The notes below the pieces were generated by a model. That model was not told where the DNA came from. It saw nothing but the letters and a program-made list of their open reading frames with translations, and ran no database searches. DNA of 62,349 bases from a virus (lineage: Duplodnaviria; Caudoviricetes): the IMG/VR virus record IMGVR_UViG_3300008738_000498, positions 1 through 62,349 of that record. One strand, 5' to 3'. Every line of letters begins with the position of its first letter. Positions within the stretch are counted from its first letter, which is position 1. The position numbers and the translations under genes are program-made. This document shows positions 8,889 through 18,192 of the stretch, one piece after another.

Positions 8889-9283
8889 GCAGCTTTCACA
8901 GCAGCGGCACGCGCGCATTCGGCCTGCCAGATGGTGTTGAGGCGGTGCCAGTCGCGGAGCCCCCAGGCGGCGGCGAACGCTTCGGGGTCGCCGAAGCGGG
9001 CGTTCAGCAGGTCAGCGACGGTGGCGAAATTTTCGGCGACCGCGGCGAACTGGCGGCGTTCCGCGCTGTTGCGGGCCTCGTGGAAGGTGAACCCGACGGC
9101 ATCGGCCACGGCGGCGTCGCGCAGCGCTTCGATCGCGCGGCGCTCGTCTTCGTCCATGGCCCAGACCAGCGTGACCGGTCCGACGACGGGCGTATGGCGG
9201 ATAATGGTGAGGGTTTCGGGCGCGATGGCCGCGACGATCGCGGCGGCGCCGGGAATTTCGAGGGTGGTGGTGCCAAGGGGCAT
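8885..9283 (-). CDS. First gene of the PL operon, hypothetical
   Basis: GGAG RBS downstream of PL. Confidence 0.6.
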   Translation of the reverse strand: MPLGTTTLEIPGAAAIVAAIAPETLTIIRHTPVVGPVTLVWAMDEDERRAIEALRDAAVADAVGFTFHEARNSAERRQFAAVAENFATVADLLNARFGDPEAFAAAWGLRDWHRLNTIWQAECARAAAVKAA

Positions 9284-9322
9284 CTGCCGTCTCCGTTGCC
9301 GCGTCGTGCGGCGTTGGAGACA

Positions 9323-9372
9323 TTCGTACGTTAGTGACGTACGTGCGTCAACACAAAACGTACGTCACGTAC
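9323..9372 (-). promoter_or_regulatory. PL promoter and OL operators
   Basis: Minus-strand TTGACG (9351-9346)-17-TACGAA; palindromes CGTACGT-N5-ACGTACG (9325-9343) and GTACGTcACGTAC (9360-9372). Confidence 0.75.
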
Positions 9373-9452
9373 AAAAAGTTTGGCCGGCGTGATCGTACGG
9401 TGCATAAACGCCCACGAAAAAGGCGCCGCGTGGGCGCCTGGTGGAGGTTGGT

Positions 9453-9746
9453 ATGGGCAAAGTGGCGGCGCCGCGCGGGCGGCGGTTCGAATACTGGATT
9501 TACCAGAACGTGCCGCCGCGCTGGCTCAATCGCGGCCCGCTGGCGTGGCTGGCGACGAAGATGCGGCAGCTTTCGACCATCCTGGCCGCGCCCGACGAGG
9601 TTCGGATCAAGCGCATTTTCAGCGATGGCGCCTCTAGCTTTGCGCAGTACAACGTCTGGAACTGGCCGCACGAAGAGGAGGCGGCGACTGCTGTTCTGGC
9701 CGCTGAATTGGGCATCAGCGAGGCAGAAATTCGGGCGCGGGATTGA
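9453..9746 (+). CDS. Hypothetical protein in the immunity region
   Basis: GGAGG RBS at 9443-9447, ATG 9453. Confidence 0.55.
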   Translation: MGKVAAPRGRRFEYWIYQNVPPRWLNRGPLAWLATKMRQLSTILAAPDEVRIKRIFSDGASSFAQYNVWNWPHEEEAATAVLAAELGISEAEIRARD

Positions 9747-9763
9747 TGGCCAACCTGATGACC

Positions 9764-10717
9764 TCAGGTGGCGATCAGTGGCCCAAACGGCACGATCTCC
9801 AAGGCATAGTTGGAGCCGCGCGCGAACGTGACGGTTTCCCGGCCGCCGTGGAACCGGACATGGAAGTAGCGGCCCGTCAAATGGCGAAGGCCATCGTCCA
9901 CGCCGGTTCGGTAGTAGACGGCGACGCGCAGGACCACCTTGGCATCAAACTGGTCAAGCGTGGGATCGCCGAACGCGGCGAAGACGTCTTCAATCTCGTC
10001 CCTCACAGCGGCATTCGCAGTGCATCGCGGGAATACCGCGCGCTCGGGGTGCGGTGGGACGCTGGAGAGATCGAGCGTGCCGATCGGCGGCAGGGCATCG
10101 TCATCGACATCGTGCAGGCTCAAGGCGGCGGAAATCAGATAATCGACCGCCGGCATGTTGCCCTGGTTGGCGACTTGAAGCGTGGCGTCGAGGATCAGCG
10201 CCTGCCCGTCAAAGCTGACGCCCTGATTGCCGACACCAAAGTCAATCCACGCGCGCTCAATCCTGGCATTTATCTTAGCTTGGCGAGTTGCTTGCCGCAC
10301 CGAAATTGCGGAAAACCATACTGCCGCAACAGTTAGAATTGCGACAATTCCTGAAATTATCACACCCAAAAGGGAGTAACGACCTTGATCTACGGTGGCC
10401 TTATTAGCTGCGATACCGCAGTCCATCTCTATCCTATCATAGACGCAGCTTGCTTTCTGCTGCCCATCATTTTGGGTATCATCGGGATAGCGTTTTTCAT
10501 TTTGTCGCTGTTGTGGCTCTGGCGGCTGCGCAGGGATGTTGATGCCACCCTTGATTTCTACGGGTGGTTCATGCTGGTAGTTGTCAACGTCGTATTCGCC
10601 GCTGGAGGCGTCGCGTTCATTCTGTTTTGGCTGTGGCACAATTCCAACGGCCAATGCCCCTGACGGCGCAAAGGCTGCCAACGCGAGCGCCAGGCCCGCA
10701 ATCATCCATCGCCCCAT
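9764..10717 (-). CDS. Membrane protein downstream of cI (rex-position moron)
   Basis: N-terminal signal peptide, internal TM (LLGVIISGIVAILTVAAVWFSAI), AT-richer core, 9 nt after cI stop. Confidence 0.7.
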   Translation of the reverse strand: MGRWMIAGLALALAAFAPSGALAVGIVPQPKQNERDASSGEYDVDNYQHEPPVEIKGGINIPAQPPEPQQRQNEKRYPDDTQNDGQQKASCVYDRIEMDCGIAANKATVDQGRYSLLGVIISGIVAILTVAAVWFSAISVRQATRQAKINARIERAWIDFGVGNQGVSFDGQALILDATLQVANQGNMPAVDYLISAALSLHDVDDDALPPIGTLDLSSVPPHPERAVFPRCTANAAVRDEIEDVFAAFGDPTLDQFDAKVVLRVAVYYRTGVDDGLRHLTGRYFHVRFHGGRETVTFARGSNYALEIVPFGPLIAT

Positions 10718-10726
10718 CTTTGCCCC

Positions 10727-11464
10727 CTAGATTAACAACTCACTGAACGGCAGAACCCGGTCGATGCGAAGGACCGCGCCAGATGCGATCTTGAAGGTCA
10801 TCGCCGGGTTGAACTGCTCAAGCTCGACATATTCAGCGGTGCGCCGCACCAACCGCTTGACGAGAACCCCGGACGAGCGATGGCCGTCATCCTCCTCTAG
10901 GTCTCGCATGTAAACGACCACATCATCCCCGATTTTGGGTGGCCGCGCGTATTGGCTGTCCGCCACGATGATGGTCTCGCCATGGTCATAGCGCGGCCAC
11001 ATCGAAGATCCTTGCACGTAGAGCCCGTAAACATGTGCTTGGCCATGCAATACCGGCGGCCGTCGGATGTATTCGATGACTGCGCCAGTGTTCAGCATGG
11101 TCTGTTCGACTGCGATTCCGTTGAAATCTCTCGGCGCGCCCAGCGATGTTCCATAGACCGGTAGATCATGCGTCGGCTTGATGGAGCTGGCCCCCTCAAA
11201 CCGAACGGGAATGCCGTTGGCCTGCAGCACGCCTGTCAGCGCCAGCAGCTCCTCGCGCTGGATCGGGGGCGAGCCCTTTCCAGCCAGGGCAATCGCCAGC
11301 TTTTGTGCAACCTCGCTGTCGAGCAGCTTTTCGTAGGACGGGCTGAAAAAGACCTGGACGGATGACCGGCCAGCATATCCGGCGGCACGGGCGATTGCAT
11401 CCAGCGACATGCCGGCGCGCCGCTTAAGATCCTGTAGGATTTCGCCAGTTTTCTGTTCGGACAT
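10727..11464 (-). CDS. cI: CI-like repressor (HTH + S24 peptidase)
   Basis: N-terminal HTH; VQGSSMWPRY (catalytic Ser) and LVKRL (catalytic Lys); start MSEQK at 11464. Confidence 0.92.
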   Translation of the reverse strand: MSEQKTGEILQDLKRRAGMSLDAIARAAGYAGRSSVQVFFSPSYEKLLDSEVAQKLAIALAGKGSPPIQREELLALTGVLQANGIPVRFEGASSIKPTHDLPVYGTSLGAPRDFNGIAVEQTMLNTGAVIEYIRRPPVLHGQAHVYGLYVQGSSMWPRYDHGETIIVADSQYARPPKIGDDVVVYMRDLEEDDGHRSSGVLVKRLVRRTAEYVELEQFNPAMTFKIASGAVLRIDRVLPFSELLI

Positions 11465-11485
11465 GCGTCCGGTATCCGATTTGCC

Positions 11486-11539
11486 GCGTACCTTATCAAC
11501 GTCGTTGACGTACGTATGTTGATGGCGTACGTAACGTAC
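11486..11539 (+). promoter_or_regulatory. PR promoter and OR operators
   Basis: TTGACG (11505-11510)-17-TACGTA; palindrome GTACGTaACGTAC (11527-11539); further CGTAC half-sites. Confidence 0.75.
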
Positions 11540-11728
11540 ATGACCACACCCCAAAGCATCATCGCTAAGCGCGGCGGCATCCGCCCCCTCGCGCGTGCCC
11601 TGGGCCATCGCAACCACACCACGGTGCAAGGGTGGTGGAAGCGGAACTCCATTCCCGAGCATCATCTGGAGGCCGTGTTGGCGGTTGAAGAGGTGGCGCC
11701 GGCTGCCGCAGAGGAGCGCGCGGCATGA
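11540..11728 (+). CDS. cro: Cro-like HTH protein
   Basis: GGIRPLARALG..TTVQGWWKRNSIP; divergent from cI. Confidence 0.85.
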   Translation: MTTPQSIIAKRGGIRPLARALGHRNHTTVQGWWKRNSIPEHHLEAVLAVEEVAPAAAEERAA

Positions 11729-11855
11729 TCGCCGGCTTCATCGTCGATACCGTCGACCTCTTCGCCGTGGCTTGGCCGCGCCTGCTGCTGTTCGCGATGA
11801 GCCTGAGCCTGGCCGTGATCGCGGCCGAAACGTTGGCTGACGTCGGGAGGCGCTG
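11725..11855 (+). CDS. Small hydrophobic protein
   Basis: ATGA overlap with cro; MIAGFIVDTVDLFAVAWPRLLLFAMSLSLAVIAAE; end approximate. Confidence 0.4.
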
Positions 11856-11922
11856 AGCGATGGCCTTCCACGAAGTCATCATCGGCCGCGCCATCCATAA
11901 CGCTGATCGGAGGCAATAAGCC

Positions 11923-12600
11923 ATGAGCGACTATACCCCGGAATCCTGCCGCGAAACCTTGCTCAACGCTGCGGGCGGCATGGAGCGCATTCGTAGCTGG
12001 TACAGCAATCGCACGTTCCGCGTCGAAGCTCAGGCCGAAGCTGCCGTGGCTGATTATGGCCGCATCATGGCCGACGTGATTGCAGAACTGCGCATGTTCG
12101 GCGCCGATGATGACACCGTAGCCACGTGGGCTGCGGGCTACGTCAAGAAGTGGCTGGCTTATCAGCACGCAGGTTCGCGCACGCTTAACTGGGCGATTAC
12201 CGGCCCCGCTCGCTTCCCGGTCGCGCAAAATGAAAAGCGGATGCAGACCGAACGCAAGCGCGGCGATGAACTGGACGATTACGCGCGCCGAGCCGTCTCG
12301 TGGCTCCAGCGTCGGCAGAATGCAGCCAAGCGCGCGGCCATCAGCGCTGCGGCCAAGGAAGCTGATGTACAGCACGAGGAACGCGAAGTCGCAGGTGTCC
12401 GCCTGGTCAAGAACACGGCGTTGGATCGCGTGCAACTGGTGTTCCCAGGCAAGCCTGATCCCGAGACCATCAAGGATTTGAAGCGGTCTGCTTTCCGCTG
12501 GTCGCCGCGCGAGGGCGCATGGCAGCGACAGCTCACCCGCAACGGCATTTGGGCAGCCGAAGGCATCCTTGCAGGGCTGAGCGCCGATCGCGCAGCCTGA
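11923..12600 (+). CDS. Phage protein with DUF3560-like C-terminal domain
   Basis: WAITGPARFP; RVQLVFPGKPD..LKRSAFRWSPREGAWQR; GGAGG RBS. Confidence 0.7.
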   Translation: MSDYTPESCRETLLNAAGGMERIRSWYSNRTFRVEAQAEAAVADYGRIMADVIAELRMFGADDDTVATWAAGYVKKWLAYQHAGSRTLNWAITGPARFPVAQNEKRMQTERKRGDELDDYARRAVSWLQRRQNAAKRAAISAAAKEADVQHEEREVAGVRLVKNTALDRVQLVFPGKPDPETIKDLKRSAFRWSPREGAWQRQLTRNGIWAAEGILAGLSADRAA

Positions 12601-12717
12601 CACACCGATAGCTCGTCGGGTCGCACCACGAGCGCTGGGGCGGTGGTTCCTCCACCCACACCCGCCATCGCCCCGGCAAATGTTTCCAATCCTGCTCATG
12701 CGAAGGGATTTAGTGCA

Positions 12718-13170
12718 GTGCAGCACCGCCAATCCACCGGACGAATGCCGTCCCTTTCCGCTTCCGGCTTGCTTGATGCGCTTGCTGGCGCGCTGTCGCA
12801 GATCAAGCGCGAGGACGGCCTGACCTATGCCGACTTGGGCGCTGCGCTGGGCCGCAGCGAGGACCAGGCCGCGAAATACTGCGAAGGCACAGCCACCATG
12901 GACGCGATCACCCTGGCGCGCGGCAAGCGGGCATGGGGTTCGCGCTTCACCGGTCCCTATGACCGGCTGTGCCAGGGCATCATCGCCGAGGCGCAGGAAG
13001 ACCTGGCGTGCATGACGCGGGTTTCCAAGGTGCTCCATGCCGTGGCCAGCGCGCTGGAGAACGATGGCGTGCTCGATGCAGCCTTTGCCGTGGAGCACCG
13101 CAGCGACCTGGAAAACGCCGCAGACGCGATCGCCGCTGTTCTGCGCAAGGCCGGGCCGAAGGCAGCATGA
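12718..13170 (+). CDS. CII-position HTH regulator
   Basis: GLTYADLGAALGRSEDQAAKY HTH; position after cro; start codon uncertain. Confidence 0.65.
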   Translation: MQHRQSTGRMPSLSASGLLDALAGALSQIKREDGLTYADLGAALGRSEDQAAKYCEGTATMDAITLARGKRAWGSRFTGPYDRLCQGIIAEAQEDLACMTRVSKVLHAVASALENDGVLDAAFAVEHRSDLENAADAIAAVLRKAGPKAA

Positions 13171-14009
13171 GCGCGCGCGACACCGTCCTCGCCATGCTCG
13201 AGGAAGCGGCCAAGGCCGGCCTGCCCTGCCCGACCAACGCCGAAATCACCGAGGCGCTGGGCCTCTCGTCGATGTCGACTGCACCCGACGTTATCGGCCG
13301 CCTGGAGCGCGACGGCGTGATCACCGTGGAGCGGGGCATCCGCAGCCGCGTCGTCACCATCGTCGCCACGGGCGCCCAGACGGCGGGCAAGATCACAACG
13401 GTGCACTGGACCGCTATGGGCCAGACGGCGCGCGAGGCATCCAATGCTTATCGCATGGCGGTGGTGGACATGATGGTGCGCGCCGCCGATGCCGGGGCCG
13501 CGCCGCCGGAATATGCTGCGATCGGGGCCGAGTTGGGCATCAGCAAGCCCTACGCCAACAAGATCGTGCTGTGGCTGATCGAGCATGGGATGCTGCGCCG
13601 CACCGAGCCCGGCCTGCACCAGTTCGAGATCGTCGGCACCGGCAAGGTCACGGCGGCGGGAAAGCGGAACGGCTCCGCGCCGGACGGGCTCCGCGACCGG
13701 CAGCGCGAAATCCTGGATTACCTGCGCAGCTTCATCGGGCGCCAGATTCCGGCAAACCCGGTCATCGCCGAAGCCATTCGTGGCCTGCATCCGGCAACCA
13801 TCAGTTCGGTGCTGTCGTCGCTGGAAACCGCCGGCAAGATCAAGATCCGGCGCGAGGGTCAGGTGCGCATCCTGGTCGCGATCGAGCGCAAGCCCGGGGC
13901 GCTGACCGAAGACACCCTGCGCCACGTCGACAGCCGGGTCTGCGGCTATTGCGGCACCCGCGCCGCGGCGCATGAGCAGTTCGGTTGTCGCCGGAGCATG
14001 GCGGCATGA
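13167..14009 (+). CDS. Protein with three tandem LexA-type winged-HTH domains and a C-terminal Zn finger
   Basis: PTNAEITEALGLSS..LERDG; PEYAAIGAELGIS..LIEHG; RQREILDYL..LETAG; CGYC..GC. Confidence 0.7.
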   Translation: MSARDTVLAMLEEAAKAGLPCPTNAEITEALGLSSMSTAPDVIGRLERDGVITVERGIRSRVVTIVATGAQTAGKITTVHWTAMGQTAREASNAYRMAVVDMMVRAADAGAAPPEYAAIGAELGISKPYANKIVLWLIEHGMLRRTEPGLHQFEIVGTGKVTAAGKRNGSAPDGLRDRQREILDYLRSFIGRQIPANPVIAEAIRGLHPATISSVLSSLETAGKIKIRREGQVRILVAIERKPGALTEDTLRHVDSRVCGYCGTRAAAHEQFGCRRSMAA

Positions 14010-15001
14010 CGCGCTACACCATGTTTTCCGCCGGGCAGGGTTCATTCCGTGCAGCGATGATCGACCGTCGCCGGCACCCCAGCGCGGAATTCGGCCTGGT
14101 CTTTACAGACACCCTTTATGAGGATGCCGATGCATATCGCTTCCTCATTGAGGGTGCGGCGATGGTGACCGGCCGTCGGCTCAACTGGACGGTCAAGGCT
14201 GGCGACTTCCCAGACTATCGCGTGCCAGACGACGTTCCGATTGAGGAATATCGCGGCAACCCAGAATGGCGTGCATTTCTTGCGGATCTGCGCGCCCGAA
14301 CGATCGACGCCATCCCTGAGTTGGTTTGGCTGGTCGAGGGCCGCGACCCGTGGGAGGTGTTCCGCGATAAGCGCTTCCTCGGCAATAGCAGTGTTGATCC
14401 GTGCTCGATGTACCTCAAGCGCGAGATCAACGACGCATGGAAGATGGGCGCTTGCTGGCGCACCGGCGAATTGTTCGGTGACGCCGACGTGTTCGTCTAC
14501 GGCATCGGTGAACACGAAACTCACCGCTTTGACGATGGGAAAGGCGGCGGTCTTCGCCCCAGACTTGCTGCGAAAGGATGGCAGGCTGATGCCCCGCTGA
14601 TCGAAATCAACGATGCCCTGATGCGTGGTGAGAATGTGCCTGGCGAAATATTGAGCCTGATGGTGGCGCCACTGCCAGAATTCGGGATTGCCGAGCCACG
14701 ACTCTACGAGATGGGCTATCCCCACAACAACTGCGGTGGATTTTGCTGCAAGGCCGGGCAGGCACATTGGGCCAACCGCTTCCGCGTCCAGCCTGACCGA
14801 TACGCCTATGACGCACTGATGGAGCGCAAGCTGCGCGTCTACCTGGGCGCTGATGTTGCGATGATGACCGATCGGCGCGGCGGGGATAAAAAGCCCCTCA
14901 CGCTTGACGCCTTCGCAGAGCGGCTGCGCGCAGAGCCGGGTCGCAAGTATGAATATCAGCCTGGCGACAGCGGCTGTGCATGCTTTGCAGGTGTCGCATG
15001 A
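14006..15001 (+). CDS. PAPS-reductase-like (PP-loop) protein
   Basis: MFSAGQGS loop, FTDT..ED, PCSMYLK, GYPHNNCGGFCCKAG, terminal GCACF. Confidence 0.75.
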   Translation: MTRYTMFSAGQGSFRAAMIDRRRHPSAEFGLVFTDTLYEDADAYRFLIEGAAMVTGRRLNWTVKAGDFPDYRVPDDVPIEEYRGNPEWRAFLADLRARTIDAIPELVWLVEGRDPWEVFRDKRFLGNSSVDPCSMYLKREINDAWKMGACWRTGELFGDADVFVYGIGEHETHRFDDGKGGGLRPRLAAKGWQADAPLIEINDALMRGENVPGEILSLMVAPLPEFGIAEPRLYEMGYPHNNCGGFCCKAGQAHWANRFRVQPDRYAYDALMERKLRVYLGADVAMMTDRRGGDKKPLTLDAFAERLRAEPGRKYEYQPGDSGCACFAGVA

Positions 15002-15555
15002 CGCGCGCGGACGTCGAAAGGCGCACCAGCGGCGTGGTGACGTCCGCCATTCGCGCGCCTGAACCGGGTGTGCAGCCGCGCGCCATCATCGCCCTGATCT
15101 GCGGCTCGCTGGGCCTGAGCGTGGATACCGTGCTCGGCCCGCGTCGCGACCCGCACATCGTGGGCGCCCGCAAGTGCGCATGCGCGGTGCTGCGCGGCAA
15201 GGGCCTGACCCTTTCCGGCATCGGCCGGCGCCTGGGCATCGATCATTCCAGCGTCAGTTGGCACGTCAGCACGTTCGACAGGTTCTGCGCCGACTGGCCC
15301 GAACTGCGCATCCTCGCCGATGTGCTGTTGCCGGCGCGACCGGCCAAGGCCGCCGCCGCGGCGCTGGCTATCCGGCAGCCGGAAATCTCGGCCCTGATCG
15401 ATGCCCGGCGCGCCGCCAAACTGGCCCGCATCGAGGCCCAGCGCCTTGCGGAAAAGCGGGCTCGCCTGCTGCGCCGCATCGCCCTCGCACCGCTCAACAA
15501 TGCCCGTGACGCCGCCGATGCGGCGCTCAAGCTGGAGATGCTGTCATGCGCCTGA
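14998..15555 (+). CDS. DnaA C-terminal-like HTH protein
   Basis: VLGPRRDPHIVGAR..GLTLSGIGRRLGIDHSSV. Confidence 0.7.
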   Translation: MTRADVERRTSGVVTSAIRAPEPGVQPRAIIALICGSLGLSVDTVLGPRRDPHIVGARKCACAVLRGKGLTLSGIGRRLGIDHSSVSWHVSTFDRFCADWPELRILADVLLPARPAKAAAAALAIRQPEISALIDARRAAKLARIEAQRLAEKRARLLRRIALAPLNNARDAADAALKLEMLSCA

Positions 15556-15734
15556 GCCTGTTTCGCCGCCAGCCCGATGCCGTTCCGCCTGTGCCCACCG
15601 CCAGCGATCATGCCCGCGCGCTTGGCCAGATCGGCCGCGACAACCAGCGCGCCCGCATCCGCGCCATGGCCCGTGAGGTCGCGCGCTGCTCGGGCCAGCC
15701 CATCCCCGCCATTCTCAACGACAAGGAAGCCTGA
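15546..15734 (+). CDS. Hypothetical protein
   Basis: GGAG RBS; operon packing. Confidence 0.5.
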   Translation: MRLSLFRRQPDAVPPVPTASDHARALGQIGRDNQRARIRAMAREVARCSGQPIPAILNDKEA

Positions 15735-15735
15735 C

Positions 15736-16152
15736 ATGGCACAGAGAGCTTATCCCACCGCCACTCACATCCATGTCGAGGCCGAGCCGCGATACTGGGA
15801 AGATGCGAGCGTCAACGGTGCGAACGAAGATGACGACGCGCCGACGATCCCACTGCGCGAAGGCAAGCTGTGGGTTCCGCGTATCCGCTTGGCTGACGGC
15901 AAGATCGAAGGGTGGCCGGAAGGCACCACAGCCAATGTTCACTACAAAGTCTGCGATCAGGGCGAATACTGGCTGGCAGACGAAGCTGGCGAGCGCATCG
16001 CGAAGTGGCGCGGGTACTACGTGCCGGACGAATTCCTTTGCCACGGCGACGATGGGTTCGGCGACTACATCATCCTCACAATTTGCGCAGATGGCGTGAT
16101 CCAGAACTGGACCACCCCCGAAATCAGCGATCAAGACTGGAAGGACGCCTGA
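15736..16152 (+). CDS. Conserved phage hypothetical protein
   Basis: [26 protein letters not shown]. Confidence 0.75.
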   Translation: MAQRAYPTATHIHVEAEPRYWEDASVNGANEDDDAPTIPLREGKLWVPRIRLADGKIEGWPEGTTANVHYKVCDQGEYWLADEAGERIAKWRGYYVPDEFLCHGDDGFGDYIILTICADGVIQNWTTPEISDQDWKDA

Positions 16153-16154
16153 CC

Positions 16155-16739
16155 ATGGCCAATGCAACCGATGATCGCCTGCGCCTCTTGATCGAGCGCA
16201 TCGAACGCCTGGAAGAAGAAAAGAAGGGCATCGCGGACGATATCAAGGACGTCTACGCCGAAGCAAAGGCAGTCGGTTACGACGCCAAGATCATGCGCCA
16301 GATCATTCGCCTGCGGAAGATGACAGTCGAAGATCGACGCGAGCAGCAGGCGTTGCTGGACGTCTACAAGGCATCGCTGGGGATGCTCGACGGCACCCCG
16401 CTCGGCCGGTGGGCTATCGAGCGCATCACCAAGAAGGATCGGGCACCGCAGGACGAGATCGACGCCACCGATTCCGTCGACGACGCAGGCGATGCTCCTG
16501 CCGAGCAATCCCGCGAACCCGAACCGGATGTCGATCAGGCGCGCGCCCTCGGCGCTGCGGCAGCGCGCGAAGGCAAGCCGGTCACCGCGAACCCCTTCCC
16601 AGCGCGCGATTTGCGTCGTGCAGCGTGGGACGAAGCGTGGTGCCAGGCCCTTGGCAGCGACGGCATGGACATTCCGGACGCGTGGCGCCCTACCAAGAAG
16701 GCCCCCGAGAAGGCCTCTGAGAAGGAAGCGGCAGAATGA
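16155..16739 (+). CDS. DUF2312/GapR-like DNA-binding protein with C-terminal extension
   Basis: [38 protein letters not shown]. Confidence 0.9.
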   Translation: MANATDDRLRLLIERIERLEEEKKGIADDIKDVYAEAKAVGYDAKIMRQIIRLRKMTVEDRREQQALLDVYKASLGMLDGTPLGRWAIERITKKDRAPQDEIDATDSVDDAGDAPAEQSREPEPDVDQARALGAAAAREGKPVTANPFPARDLRRAAWDEAWCQALGSDGMDIPDAWRPTKKAPEKASEKEAAE

Positions 16740-17662
16740 CGCGCCGCGCCTATGAGATGAAGCCGACGCCACTGGACGAAATGCGAAAGCCCGAAGAAGA
16801 ACTTGAGCGGCGTTTCGGCCGGTTCGGCTACGTCGTGATGCCGCACGACTCTGAGCCGCCGATCCTGACTTCTTCGGTACGCGCTGCGCTCCATCAGTGG
16901 CTCAATGAGATGAACGCGGTGTCTGAGCTGGAGGTCGTCGGCCTCAAGCCACGCACGCGCGCCATTCTGTCCGGGCCTCCCGGCTGTGGCAAAACCACGC
17001 TGGCGCACCATATCTCGGCCCGCATCGGACTGCCGCTGGTCGTGGTGCAATCGCAACAGGTCGTCTCGTCTTCGCTTGGAGGATCGGGCAACAACATCGC
17101 CAATCTTTTCAAGGAAGTGCGGCACACCGACGACGAAGTCGCGATCTTCTTCGACGAGTTCGATGCGCTCGCAAAAGCACGTCGATCTGTTCAGCAAGCC
17201 TGCGATGCCGAGACCAACAACATCACGATTGCGTTGTTGCAAGAGTTTGATCGCTTCGAAGGCCTCCTCTTCGCCGCGACCAACATGGCTGACGGGATCG
17301 ACGCCGCGATCTGGCGCAGGTTCCAGATCCAGATTGAGATCGGCTTTCCGGGCGAAGAGGAACGCTTCGCAATCGTGAAACGCTATCTCGCGCCCTACAG
17401 GGTCGCGGACGAAACGGTCGCCGGCATCGCCAATGTGCTTGCCAAAGCATCGCCCGCCCTGATCCGCGAAGCCTGCGAAGGCATGAAGCGTTCGCTTGTT
17501 CTCGGCGCCCGGATGGGACTCGACAACTCGCTCGAGGGCATCATGGCCCGATTTGCGGCGAGTTCCGCCCCCGCCGAGGACATGCCCGTCCCGCCCCTTT
17601 GGGAAGGGACACGGAAGGCACTCGCCGACTTGGCTGCGCTTCCTTGGTCTCCGGAAGCCTGA
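16736..17662 (+). CDS. AAA+ ATPase
   Basis: [27 protein letters not shown]. Confidence 0.9.
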   Translation: MTRRAYEMKPTPLDEMRKPEEELERRFGRFGYVVMPHDSEPPILTSSVRAALHQWLNEMNAVSELEVVGLKPRTRAILSGPPGCGKTTLAHHISARIGLPLVVVQSQQVVSSSLGGSGNNIANLFKEVRHTDDEVAIFFDEFDALAKARRSVQQACDAETNNITIALLQEFDRFEGLLFAATNMADGIDAAIWRRFQIQIEIGFPGEEERFAIVKRYLAPYRVADETVAGIANVLAKASPALIREACEGMKRSLVLGARMGLDNSLEGIMARFAASSAPAEDMPVPPLWEGTRKALADLAALPWSPEA

Positions 17663-17665
17663 CGG

Positions 17666-18007
17666 ATGATCACGCTGCCCTTTCCCCCGTCGAGCCTGTC
17701 CGGGCACGCCAAAGGCAACTGGCACGGCAAGTCCGGCGTCACTGCCAAGTGGCGCGCCTGGGCCAAGGCCGCTGCACTCGAGGCCAAGGTCAAGGCGCCC
17801 GCCGCTGGCGACATCGTCGTGCGCGTGCGTTTCGTGCCGCCGAACCGGCGGGGGGACCGGGTCAACTTCCCGAACCGGTGCAAGCCCATCTTCGACGGCC
17901 TGGCCGATGCCATGCGCGTGAACGATAGCCGGTTTCTCCCGGCCTTCGAGTTTGCCGAGCCGGAAGCGCCGGGGCGACTCGAAATCGTGATCGGGGGTGG
18001 CGCGTGA
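17666..18007 (+). CDS. RusA-like Holliday junction resolvase
   Basis: ITLPFPPS..PPNRRGDRVN..KPIFDGLADAMRVNDSRF. Confidence 0.7.
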   Translation: MITLPFPPSSLSGHAKGNWHGKSGVTAKWRAWAKAAALEAKVKAPAAGDIVVRVRFVPPNRRGDRVNFPNRCKPIFDGLADAMRVNDSRFLPAFEFAEPEAPGRLEIVIGGGA

Positions 18008-18192
18008 CCGTGGCCATCTATCGCGTCCAACAGCGCGCCGCCAATGATGCCTTTGCCGCGCACAAGGCGCTGGTGCTGATGGAATTGCGCTCGCCCGACC
18101 TGGTCGAAAACCCTGCGTGGATCGCCGCGCGCCGGGAGGCCTTTACCCTATTCATCGCCGCGTTCGAGCGCATCGGGGAGATTGCCGCGTGA
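18004..18192 (+). CDS. Hypothetical protein
   Basis: Coupled on both sides. Confidence 0.55.
   Translation: MTVAIYRVQQRAANDAFAAHKALVLMELRSPDLVENPAWIAARREAFTLFIAAFERIGEIAA

Noticed and set aside
3791-9392. Long plus-strand ORFs (e.g. 3802-5160, 4721-6034, 7956-9392) and similar antisense ORFs elsewhere
   Set aside because: High-GC shadow frames opposite well-supported genes
12610-12678. Two hairpins between the DUF3560-like gene and the cII-like gene as an ncRNA
   Set aside because: No promoter or U-tract evidence; may be a tR1-type element but unsupported
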